Positions 14,101-26,536 of a stretch of 64,000 bases of DNA are shown here, in pieces (position 1 is the first letter of the stretch; each line of letters opens with the position of its first letter). The position numbers were made by a program, and so were the translations under genes. Source of the stretch: Eledone cirrhosa (Eukaryota); NCBI GenBank assembly GCA_964016885.1, contig OZ024758.1, forward strand, positions 38,874,001 through 38,938,000, in the 5' to 3' direction. The notes under the pieces are model-generated. The model ran no database searches, was not told the origin of the DNA, and saw only the letters and a program-made list of their open reading frames with translations.

Positions 14101-17100
14101 TCCAATGTTGGTGAGAATTCATTTAAGTCATGGTACTAGCTGTCAGAAGTAACTCCACTGTTGGTGAGAATTCATTTAAGTTCATGGTATTAGCTGACAG
14201 AAGGAACGCCACTGTTGGTGAGAATTCATTTAAGTTCATGGTATTAGCTGTCAGAAGTAACTCCACTGTTGGTGAGAATTCATTTAAGTTCATGGTACTA
14301 GCTGTCAGAAGTAACTCCAATGTTGGTGAGAATTCATTTAAGTTCATGGTATTAGCTGTCAGAAGGAACTCCACTGTTGCTGAGAATTCATTTAAGTTCA
14401 TGGTATTAGCTGTCAGAAGTAACTCCACTGTTGGTGAGAATTCATTTAAGTTCATGGTACTAGCTGTCAGAAGTAACTCCACTGTTGGTGAGAATTCATT
14501 TAAGTTCATGGTATTAGCTGTCAGAAGTCACTCCAATGTTGGTGAGAATTCATTTAAGTTCATGGTATTAGCTGTCAGAAGTCACTCCACTGTTGGTGAG
14601 AATTCATTTAAGTTCATGGTACTAGCTGTCAGAAGTAACCCCAATGTTGGTGAGAATTCATTTAAGTTCATGGTATTAGCTGTCAGAAGTAACTCCACTG
14701 TTGGTGAGAATTCATTTAAGTTCATGGTACTAGCTGTCAGAAGTAACTCCAATGTTGGTGAGAATTCATTTAAGTTCATGGTATTAGCTGTCAGAAGGAA
14801 CTCCACTGTTGCTGAGAATGCATTTAAGTTCATGGTATTAGCTGTCAGAAGTAACTCCACTGTTGGTGAGAATTCATTTAAGTTCATGGTACTAGCTGTC
14901 AGAAGTAACTCCACTGTTGGTGAGAATTCATTTAAGTTCATGGTATTAGCTGTCAGAAGTCACTCCAATGTTGGTGAGAATTCATTTAAGTTCATGGTAT
15001 TAGCTGTCAGAAGTCACTCCACTGTTGGTGAGAATTCATTTAAGTTCATGGTACTAGCTGTCAGAAGTAACCCCAATGTTGGTGAGAATTCATTTAAGTT
15101 CATGGTATTAGCTGTCAGAAGTCACTCCAATGTTGGTGAGAATTCATTTAAGTTCATGGTATTAGCTGTCAGAAGTAACTCCACTGTTGGTGAGAATTCA
15201 TTTAAGTTCATGGTATTAGCTGTCAGAAGTAACTCCACTGTTGGTGAGAATTCATTTAAGTTCATGGTATTAGCTGTCAGAAGGAACTCCACTGTTGGTG
15301 AGAATTCATTTAAGTTCATGGTACTAGCTGTCAGAAGTAACTCCACTGTTGGTGAGAATTCATTTAAGTTCATGGTATTAGTTTGTCAGAAGTAACTCCA
15401 CTGTTGGTGAGAATTCATTTAAGTCATGGTACTAGCTGTCAGAAGTAACTCCACTGTTGGTGAGAATTCATTTAAGTTCATGGTATTAGCTGTCAGAAGT
15501 AACTCCACTGTTGGTGAGAATTCATTTAAGTTCATGGTATTAGCTGTCAGAAGTAACTCCACTGTTGGTGAGAATTCATTTAAGTTCATGGTATTAGCTG
15601 TTAGATGGAACTCCAATGTTGGTGAGAATTCATTTAAGTCATGGTACTAGCTGTCAGAAGTAACTCCACTGTTGGTGAGAATTCATTTAAGTTCATGGTA
15701 TTAGCTGTCAGAAGGAACGCCACTGTTGGTGAGAATTCATTTAAGTTAATGGTATTAGCTGTCAGAAGTAACTCCACTGTTGGTGAGAATTCGTTTAAGT
15801 TCATGGTACTAGGTGTCAGAAGTAACTCCAATGTTGGTGAGAATTCATTTAAGTTCATGGTATTAGCTGTCAGAAGGAACTCCACTGTTGCTGAGAATTC
15901 ATTTAAGTTCATGGTATTAGCTGTCAGAAGTAACTCCAATGTTGGTGAGAATTCATTTAAGTTCATGGTATTAGCTGTCAGAAGTAACTCCACTGTTGGT
16001 GAGAATTCATTTAAGTTCATGGTATTAGCTGTCAGAAGTAACTCCACTGTTGGTGAGAATTCATTTAAGTCATGGTATTAGCTGTCAGAAGTAACTCCAA
16101 TGTTGGTGAGAATTTATTTAAGTTCATGGTATTAGCTGTCAGAAGTCACTCCACTGTTGGTGAGAATTCATTTAAGTTCATGGTACTAGCTGTCAGAAGT
16201 AACCCCAATGTTGGTGAGAATTCATTTAAGTTCATGGTATTAGCTGTCAGAAGTCACTCCAATGTTGGTGAGAATTCATTTAAGTTCATGGTATCAGCTG
16301 TCAGAAGGAACGCCACTGTTGGTGAGAATTCATTTAAGTTCATGGTATTAACTGTCAGAAGTAACTCCACTGTTGGTGAGAATTCATTTAAGTTCATGGT
16401 ACTAGCTGTCAGAAGTAACTCCAATGTTGGTGAGAATTCATTTAAGTTCATGGTATTAGCTGTCAGAAGGAACTCCACTGTTGCTGAGAATTCATTTAAG
16501 TTCATGGTATTAGCTGTCAGAAGTAACTCCACTGTTGGTGAGAATTCATTTAAGTTCATGGTATTAGCTGTCAGAAGTAACTCCACTGTTGGTGAGAATT
16601 CATTTAAGTCATGGTATTAGCTGTCAGAAGTAACTCCATTGTTGGTGAGAATTCATTTAAGTCATGGTACTAGCTGTCAGAAGTAACTCCAATGTTGGTG
16701 AGAATTCATTTAAGTCATGGTACTAGCTGTCAGAAGTAACTCCAATGTTGGTGAGAATTCATTTAAGTTCATGGTATTAGCTGTCAGAAGGAACTCCACT
16801 GTTGGTGAGAATTCATTTAAGTTCATGGTATTAGCTGTCAGAAGTAACTCCACTGTTGGTGAGAATTCATTTAAGTTCATGGTATTAGCTGTCAGAAGTA
16901 ACTCCACTGTTGGTGAGAATTCATTTAAGTTCATGGTACTAGCTGTCAGAAGTAACTCCAATGTTGGTGAGAATTCATTTAAGTTCATGGTATTAGCTGT
17001 CAGAAGTAACTCCACTGTTGGTGAGAATTCATTTAAGTCATGGTATTTATTAGCTGTCAGAAGTAACACCAATGTTGGTGAGAATTCATTTAAGTTCATG

Positions 17101-20100
17101 GTATTAGCTGTCAGAAGTAACTCCACTGTTGGTGAGAATTCATTTAAGTTCATGGTATTAGCTGTCAGAAGTAACTCCACTGTTGGTGAGAATTCATTTA
17201 AGTTCATGGTACTAGCTGTCAGAAGTAACTCCACTGTTGTTGAGAATTCATTTAAGTTCATGGTATTAGTTTGTCAGAAGTAACTCCACTGTTGGTGAGA
17301 ATTCATTTAAGTCATGGTATTAGTTGTCAGAAGTAACTCCAATGTTGGTGAGAATTCATTTAAGTTCAGGGTACTAGCTGTCAGAAGTAACTCCACTGTT
17401 GGTGAGAATTCATTTAAGTCATGGTATTAGCTGTCAGAAGTAACTCCAATGTTGGTGAGAATTCATTTAAGTTCATGGTATTAGCTGTCAGAAGTCACTC
17501 CACTGTTGGTGAGAATTCATTTAAGTTCATGGTACTAGCTGTCAGAAGTAACCCAATGTTGGTGAGAATTCATTTAAGTTCATGGTATTAGCTGTCAGAA
17601 GTCACTCCAATGTTGGTGAGAATTCATTTAAGTTCATGGTATTAGCTGTCAGAAGTAACTCCACTGTTGGTGAGAATTCATTTAAGTTCATGGTATTAGC
17701 TGTCAGAAGTAACTCCACTGTTGGTGAGAATTCATTTAAGTTCATGGTATTAGCTGTCAGAAGTAACTCCACTGTTGGTGAGAATTCATTTAAGTTCATG
17801 GTATTAGCTGTCAGAAGGAACTCCAATGTTGGTGAGAATTCATTTAAGTCATGGTACTAGCTGTCAGAAGTAACTCCACTGTTGGTGAGAATTCATTTAA
17901 GTTCATGGTATTAGCTGACAGAAGGAACGCCACTGTTGGTGAGAATTCATTTAAGTTCATGGTATTAGCTGTCAGAAGTAACTCCACTGTTGGTGAGAAT
18001 TCATTTAAGTTCATGGTACTAGCTGTCAGAAGTAACTCCAATGTTGGTGAGAATTCATTTAAGTTCATGGTATTAGCTGTCAGAAGGAACTCCACTGTTG
18101 CTGAGAATGCATTTAAGTTCATGGTATTAGCTGTCAGAAGTAACTCCACTGTTGGTGAGAATTCATTTAAGTTCATGGTACTAGCTGTCAGAAGTAACTC
18201 CACTGTTGGTGAGAATTCATTTAAGTTCATGGTATTAGCTGTCAGAAGTCACTCCAATGTTGGTGAGAATTCATTTAAGTTCATGGTATTAGCTGTCAGA
18301 AGTCACTCCACTGTTGGTGAGAATTCATTTAAGTTCATGGTACTAGCTGTCAGAAGTAACCCCAATGTTGGTGAGAATTCATTTAAGTTCATGGTATTAG
18401 CTGTCAGAAGTCACTCCAATGTTGGTGAGAATTCATTTAAGTTCATGGTATTAGCTGTCAGAAGTAACTCCACTGTTGGTGAGAATTCATTTAAGTTCAT
18501 GGTATTAGCTGTCAGAAGGAACTCCACTGTTGGTGAGAATTCATTTAAGTTCATGGTACTAGCTGTCAGAAGTAACTCCACTGTTGGTGAGAATTCATTT
18601 AAGTTCATGGTATTAGTTTGTCAGAAGTAACTCCACTGTTGGTGAGAATTCATTTAAGTCATGGTACTAGCTGTCAGAAGTAACTCCACTGTTGGTGAGA
18701 ATTCATTTAAGTTCATGGTATTAGCTGTCAGAAGTAACTCCACTGTTGGTGAGAATTCATTTAAGTTCATGGTATTAGCTGTCAGAAGTAACTCCACTGT
18801 TGGTGAGAATTCATTTAAGTTCATGGTATTAGCTGTTAGATGGAACTCCAATGTTGGTGAGAATTCATTTAAGTCATGGTACTAGCTGTCAGAAGTAACT
18901 CCACTGTTGGTGAGAATTCATTTAAGTTCATGGTATTAGCTGTCAGAAGGAACGCCACTGTTGGTGAGAATTCATTTAAGTTAATGGTATTAGCTGTCAG
19001 AAGTAACTCCACTGTTGGTGAGAATTCATTTAAGTTCATGGTACTAGGTGTCAGAAGTAACTCCAATGTTGGTGAGAATTCATTTAAGTTCATGGTATTA
19101 GCTGTCAGAAGTAACTCCAATGTTGGTGAGAATTCATTTAAGTTCATGGTATTAGCTGTCAGAAGTAACTCCACTGTTGGTGAGAATTCATTTAAGTTCA
19201 TGGTATTAGCTGTCAGAAGTAACTCCACTGTTGGTGAGAATTCATTTAAGTCATGGTATTAGCTGTCAGAAGTAACTCCAATGTTGGTGAGAATTTATTT
19301 AAGTTCATGGTATTAGCTGTCAGAAGTCACTCCACTGTTGGTGAGAATTCATTTAAGTTCATGGTACTAGCTGTCAGAAGTAACCCCAATGTTGGTGAGA
19401 ATTCATTTAAGTTCATGGTATTAGCTGTCAGAAGTCACTCCAATGTTGGTGAGAATTCATTTAAGTTCATGGTATTAGCTGTCAGAAGTAACTCCATTGT
19501 TGGTGAGAATTCATTTAAGTCATGGTACTAGCTGTCAGAAGTAACTCCAATGTTGGTGAGAATTCATTTAAGTTCATGGTATTAGCTGTCAGAAGGAACT
19601 CCACTGTTGGTGAGAATTCATTTAAGTTCATGGTATTAGCTGTCAGAAGTAACTCCACTGTTGGTGAGAATTCATTTAAGTTCATGGTATTAGCTGTCAG
19701 AAGTAACTCCACTGTTGGTGAGAATTCATTTAAGTTCATGGTACTAGCTGTCAGAAGTAACTCCAATGTTGGTGAGAATTCATTTAAGTTCATGGTATTA
19801 GCTGTCAGAAGTAACTCCACTGTTGGTGAGAATTCATTTAAGTCATGGTATTTATTAGCTGTCAGAAGTAACACCAATGTTGGTGAGAATTCATTTAAGT
19901 TCATGGTATTAGCTGTCAGAAGTAACTCCACTGTTGGTGAGAATTCATTTAAGTTCATGGTATTAGCTGTCAGAAGTAACTCCACTGTTGGTGAGAATTC
20001 ATTTAAGTTCATGGTACTAGCTGTCAGAAGTAACTCCACTGTTGTTGAGAATTCATTTAAGTTCATGGTATTAGTTTGTCAGAAGTAACTCCACTGTTGG

Positions 20101-23100
20101 TGAGAATTCATTTAAGTCATGGTATTAGTTGTCAGAAGTAACTCCAATGTTGGTGAGAATTCATTTAAGTTCATGGTACTAGCTGTCAGAAGTAACTCCA
20201 CTGTTGGTGAGAATTCATTTAAGTCATGGTATTAGCTGTCAGAAGTAACTCCAATGTTGGTGAGAATTCATTTAAGTTCATGGTATTAGCTGTCAGAAGT
20301 CACTCCACTGTTGGTGAGAATTCATTTAAGTTCATGGTACTAGCTGTCAGAAGTAACCCAATGTTGGTGAGAATTCATTTAAGTTCATGGTATTAGCTGT
20401 CAGAAGTCACTCCAATGTTGGTGAGAATTCATTTAAGTTCATGGTATTAGCTGTCAGAAGTAACTCCACTGTTGGTGAGAATTCATTTAAGTTCATGGTA
20501 TTAGCTGTCAGAAGTAACTCCACTGTTGGTGAGAATTCATTTAAGTTCATGGTATTAGCTGTCAGAAGTAACTCCACTGTTGGTGAGAATTCATTTAAGT
20601 TCATGGTATTAGCTGTCAGAAGGAACTCCAATGTTGGTGAGAATTCATTTAAGTCATGGTATTAGCTGACAGAAGGAACGCCACTGTTGGTGAGAATTCA
20701 TTTAAGTTCATGGTATTAGCTGTCAGAAGTAACTCCACTGTTGGTGAGAATTCATTTAAGTTCATGGTACTAGCTGTCAGAAGTAACTCCAATGTTGGTG
20801 AGAATTCATTTAAGTTCATGGTATTAGCTGTCAGAAGGAACTCCACTGTTGCTGAGAATGCATTTAAGTTCATGGTATTAGCTGTCAGAAGTAACTCCAC
20901 TGTTGGTGAGAATTCATTTAAGTTCATGGTACTAGCTGTCAGAAGTAACTCCACTGTTGGTGAGAATTCATTTAAGTTCATGGTATTAGCTGTCAGAAGT
21001 CACTCCAATGTTGGTGAGAATTCATTTAAGTTCATGGTATTAGCTGTCAGAAGTCACTCCACTGTTGGTGAGAATTCATTTAAGTTCATGGTACTAGCTG
21101 TCAGAAGTAACCCCAATGTTGGTGAGAATTCATTTAAGTTCATGGTATTAGCTGTCAGAAGTCACTCCAATGTTGGTGAGAATTCATTTAAGTTCATGGT
21201 ATTAGCTGTCAGAAGTAACTCCACTGTTGGTGAGAATTCATTTAAGTTCATGGTATTAGCTGTCAGAAGTAACTCCACTGTTGGTGAGAATTCATTTAAG
21301 TTCATGGTATTAGCTGTCAGAAGGAACTCCACTGTTGGTGAGAATTCATTTAAGTTCATGGTACTAGCTGTCAGAAGTAACTCCACTGTTGGTGAGAATT
21401 CATTTAAGTTCATGGTATTAGTTTGTCAGAAGTAACTCCACTGTTGGTGAGAATTCATTTAAGTCATGGTACTAGCTGTCAGAAGTAACTCCACTGTTGG
21501 TGAGAATTCATTTAAGTTCATGGTATTAGCTGTCAGAAGTAACTCCACTGTTGGTGAGAATTCATTTAAGTTCATGGTATTAGCTGTCAGAAGTAACTCC
21601 ACTGTTGGTGAGAATTCATTTAAGTTCATGGTATTAGCTGTTAGATGGAACTCCAATGTTGGTGAGAATTCATTTAAGTCATGGTACTAGCTGTCAGAAG
21701 TAACTCCACTGTTGGTGAGAATTCATTTAAGTTCATGGTATTAGCTGTCAGAAGGAACGCCACTGTTGGTGAGAATTCATTTAAGTTAATGGTATTAGCT
21801 GTCAGAAGTAACTCCACTGTTGGTGAGAATTCATTTAAGTTCATGGTACTAGGTGTCAGAAGTAACTCCAATGTTGGTGAGAATTCATTTAAGTTCATGG
21901 TATTAGCTGTCAGAAGGAACTCCACTGTTGCTGAGAATTCATTTAAGTTCATGGTATTAGCTGTCAGAAGTAACTCCAATGTTGGTGAGAATTCATTTAA
22001 GTTCATGGTATTAGCTGTCAGAAGTAACTCCACTGTTGGTGAGAATTCATTTAAGTTCATGGTATTAGCTGTCAGAAGTAACTCCACTGTTGGTGAGAAT
22101 TCATTTAAGTCATGGTATTAGCTGTCAGAAGTAACTCCAATGTTGGTGAGAATTTATTTAAGTTCATGGTATTAGCTGTCAGAAGTCACTCCACTGTTGG
22201 TGAGAATTCATTTAAGTTCATGGTACTAGCTGTCAGAAGTAACCCCAATGTTGGTGAGAATTCATTTAAGTTCATGGTACTAGCTGTCAGAAGTAACCCC
22301 AATGTTGGTGAGAATTCATTTAAGTTCATGGTATTAGCTGTCAGAAGTCACTCCAATGTTGGTGAGAATTCATTTAAGTTCATGGTATTAGCTGTCAGAA
22401 GTAACTCCACTGTTGGTGAGAATTCATTTAAGTGCATGGTATTAGCTGTCAGAAGTAACTCCACTGTTGGTGAGAATTCATTTAAGTTCATGGTATTAGC
22501 TGTCAGAAGGAACTCCACTGTTGGTGAGAATTCATTTAAGTTCATGGTACTAGCTGTCAGAAGTAACTCCACTGTTGGTGAGAATTCATTTAAGTTCATG
22601 GTATTAGTTTGTCAGAAGTAACTCCACTGTTGGTGAGAATTCATTTAAGTCATGGTACTAGCTGTCAGAAGTAACTCCACTGTTGGTGAGAATTCATTTA
22701 AGTTCATGGTATTAGCTGTCAGAAGTAACTCCACTGTTGGTGAGAATTCATTTAAGTTCATGGTATTAGCTGTCAGAAGTAACTCCACTGTTGGTGAGAA
22801 TTCATTTAAGTTCATTGTATTAGCTGTTAGATGGAACTCCAATGTTGGTGAGAATTCATTTAAGTCATGGTACTAGCTGTCAGAAGTAACTCCACTGTTG
22901 GTGAGAATTCATTTAAGTTCATGGTATTAGCTGTCAGAAGGAACGCCACTGTTGGTGAGAATTCATTTAAGTTAATGGTATTAGCTGTCAGAAGTAACTC
23001 CACTGTTGGTGAGAATTCATTTAAGTTCATGGTACTAGGTGTCAGAAGTAACTCCAATGTTGGTGAGAATTCATTTAAGTTCATGGTATTAGCTGTCAGA

Positions 23101-26100
23101 AGGAACTCCACTGTTGCTGAGAATTCATTTAAGTTCATGGTATTAGCTGTCAGAAGTAACTCCAATGTTGGTGAGAATTCATTTAAGTTCATGGTATTAG
23201 CTGTCAGAAGTAACTCCACTGTTGGTGAGAATTCATTTAAGTTCATGGTATTAGCTGTCAGAAGTAACTCCACTGTTGGTGAGAATTCATTTAAGTCATG
23301 GTATTAGCTGTCAGAAGTAACTCCAATGTTGGTGAGAATTTATTTAAGTTCATGGTATTAGCTGTCAGAAGTCACTCCACTGTTGGTGAGAATTCATTTA
23401 AGTTCATGGTACTAGCTGTCAGAAGTAACCCCAATGTTGGTGAGAATTCATTTAAGTTCATGGTATTAGCTGTCAGAAGTCACTCCAATGTTGGTGAGAA
23501 TTCATTTAAGTTCATGGTATTAGCTGTCAGAAGTAACTCCACTGTTGGTGAGAATTCATTTAAGTTCATGGTATTAGCTGTCAGAAGTAACTCCACTGTT
23601 GGTGAGAATTCATTTAAGTTCATGGTATTAGCTGTCAGAAGTAACTCCACTGTTGGTGAGAATTCATTTAAGTTCATGGTACTAGCTGTCAGAAGTAACT
23701 CCAATGTTGGTGAGAATTCATTTAAGTTCATGGTATTAGCTGTCAGAAGTAACTCCACTGTTGGTGAGAATTCATTTAAGTCATGGTATTTATTAGCTGT
23801 CAGAAGTAACACCAATGTTGGTGAGAATTCATTTAAGTTCATGGTATTAGCTGTCAGAAGTAACTCCACTGTTGGTGAGAATTCATTTAAGTTCATGGTA
23901 TTAGCTGTCAGAAGTAACTCCACTGTTGGTGAGAATTCATTTAAGTTCATGGTACTAGCTGTCAGAAGTAACTCCACTGTTGTTGAGAATTCATTTAAGT
24001 TCATGGTATTAGTTTGTCAGAAGTAACTCCACTGTTGGTGAGAATTCATTTAAGTCATGGTATTAGTTGTCAGAAGTAACTCCAATGTTGGTGAGAATTC
24101 ATTTAAGTTCATGGTACTAGCTGTCAGAAGTAACTCCACTGTTGGTGAGAATTCATTTAAGTCATGGTATTAGCTGTCAGAAGTAACTCCAATGTTGGTG
24201 AGAATTCATTTAAGTTCATGGTATTAGCTGTCAGAAGTCACTCCACTGTTGGTGAGAATTCATTTAAGTTCATGGTACTAGCTGTCAGAAGTAACCCAAT
24301 GTTGGTGAGAATTCATTTAAGTTCATGGTATTAGCTGTCAGAAGTCACTCCAATGTTGGTGAGAATTCATTTAAGTTCATGGTATTAGCTGTCAGAAGTA
24401 ATTCCACTGTTGGTGAGAATTCATTTAAGTTCATGGTATTAGCTGTCAGAAGTAACTCCACTGTTGGTGAGAATTCATTTAAGTTCATGGTATTAGCTGT
24501 CAGAAGTAACTCCACTGTTGGTGAGAATTCATTTAAGTTCATGGTATTAGCTGTCAGAAGGAACTCCAATGTTGGTGAGAATTCATTTAAGTCATGGTAC
24601 TAGCTGTCAGAAGTAACTCCACTGTTGGTGAGAATTCATTTAAGTTCATGGTATTAGCTGACAGAAGGAACGCCACTGTTGGTGAGAATTCATTTAAGTT
24701 CATGGTATTAGCTGTCAGAAGTAACTCCACTGTTGGTGAGAATTCATTTAAGTTCATGGTACTAGCTGTCAGAAGTAACTCCAATGTTGGTGAGAATTCA
24801 TTTAAGTTCATGGTATTAGCTGTCAGAAGGAACTCCACTGTTGCTGAGAATTCATTTAAGTTCATGGTATTAGCTGTCAGAAGTAACTCCACTGTTGGTG
24901 AGAATTCATTTAAGTTCATGGTACTAGCTGTCAGAAGTAACTCCACTGTTGGTGAGAATTCATTTAAGTTCATGGTATTAGCTGTCAGAAGTCACTCCAA
25001 TGTTGGTGAGAATTCATTTAAGTTCATGGTATTAGCTGTCAGAAGTCACTCCACTGTTGGTGAGAATTCATTTAAGTTCATGGTACTAGCTGTCAGAAGT
25101 AACCCCAATGTTGGTGAGAATTCATTTAAGTTCATGGTATTAGCTGTCAGAAGTAACTCCACTGTTGGTGAGAATTCATTTAAGTTCATGGTACTAGCTG
25201 TCAGAAGTAACTCCAATGTTGGTGAGAATTCATTTAAGTTCATGGTATTAGCTGTCAGAAGGAACTCCACTGTTGCTGAGAATGCATTTAAGTTCATGGT
25301 ATTAGCTGTCAGAAGTAACTCCACTGTTGGTGAGAATTCATTTAAGTTCATGGTACTAGCTGTCAGAAGTAACTCCACTGTTGGTGAGAATTCATTTAAG
25401 TTCATGGTATTAGCTGTCAGAAGTCACTCCAATGTTGGTGAGAATTCATTTAAGTTCATGGTATTAGCTGTCAGAAGTCACTCCACTGTTGGTGAGAATT
25501 CATTTAAGTTCATGGTACTAGCTGTCAGAAGTAACCCCAATGTTGGTGAGAATTCATTTAAGTTCATGGTATTAGCTGTCAGAAGTCACTCCAATGTTGG
25601 TGAGAATTCATTTAAGTTCATGGTATTAGCTGTCAGAAGTAACTCCACTGTTGGTGAGAATTCATTTAAGTTCATGGTATTAGCTGTCAGAAGTAACTCC
25701 ACTGTTGGTGAGAATTCATTTAAGTTCATGGTATTAGCTGTCAGAAGGAACTCCACTGTTGGTGAGAATTCATTTAAGTTCATGGTACTAGCTGTCAGAA
25801 GTAACTCCACTGTTGGTGAGAATTCATTTAAGTTCATGGTATTAGTTTGTCAGAAGTAACTCCACTGTTGGTGAGAATTCATTTAAGTCATGGTACTAGC
25901 TGTCAGAAGTAACTCCACTGTTGGTGAGAATTCATTTAAGTTCATGGTATTAGCTGTCAGAAGTAACTCCACTGTTGGTGAGAATTCATTTAAGTTCATG
26001 GTATTAGCTGTCAGAAGTAACTCCACTGTTGGTGAGAATTCGTTTAAGTTCATGGTACTAGGTGTCAGAAGTAACTCCAATGTTGGTGAGAATTCATTTA

Positions 26101-26536
26101 AGTTCATGGTATTAGCTGTCAGAAGGAACTCCACTGTTGCTGAGAATTCATTTAAGTTCATGGTATTAGCTGTCAGAAGTAACTCCAATGTTGGTGAGAA
26201 TTCATTTAAGTTCATGGTATTAGCTGTCAGAAGTAACTCCACTGTTGGTGAGAATTCATTTAAGTTCATGGTATTAGCTGTCAGAAGTAACTCCACTGTT
26301 GGTGAGAATTCATTTAAGTCATGGTATTAGCTGTCAGAAGTAACTCCAATGTTGGTGAGAATTTATTTAAGTTCATGGTATTAGCTGTCAGAAGTCACTC
26401 CACTGTTGGTGAGAATTCATTTAAGTTCATGGTACTAGCTGTCAGAAGTAACCCCAATGTTGGTGAGAATTCATTTAAGTTCATGGTATTAGCTGTCAGA
26501 AGTCACTCCAATGTTGGTGAGAATTCATTTAAGTTC
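6475..26536 (+). repeat. About 10-kb tandem segmental duplication (copy A ~6475-16287, copy B ~16288-26536) with whole-monomer indels between copies
   Basis: Collinear ORF pairs have stepwise offsets of 9813 (6904/16717), 10086 (7496/17582), 10032 (8844/18876), 10140 (9382/19522 to 11972/22112), 10464 (12403/22867 to 14130/24594) and 10249 (16072/26321). Shared rare variants are AATTCGTTT (15793/26042), AGTAATTCC (13938/24402) and TTCAGGGTAC (7282/17368). Confidence 0.88.
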
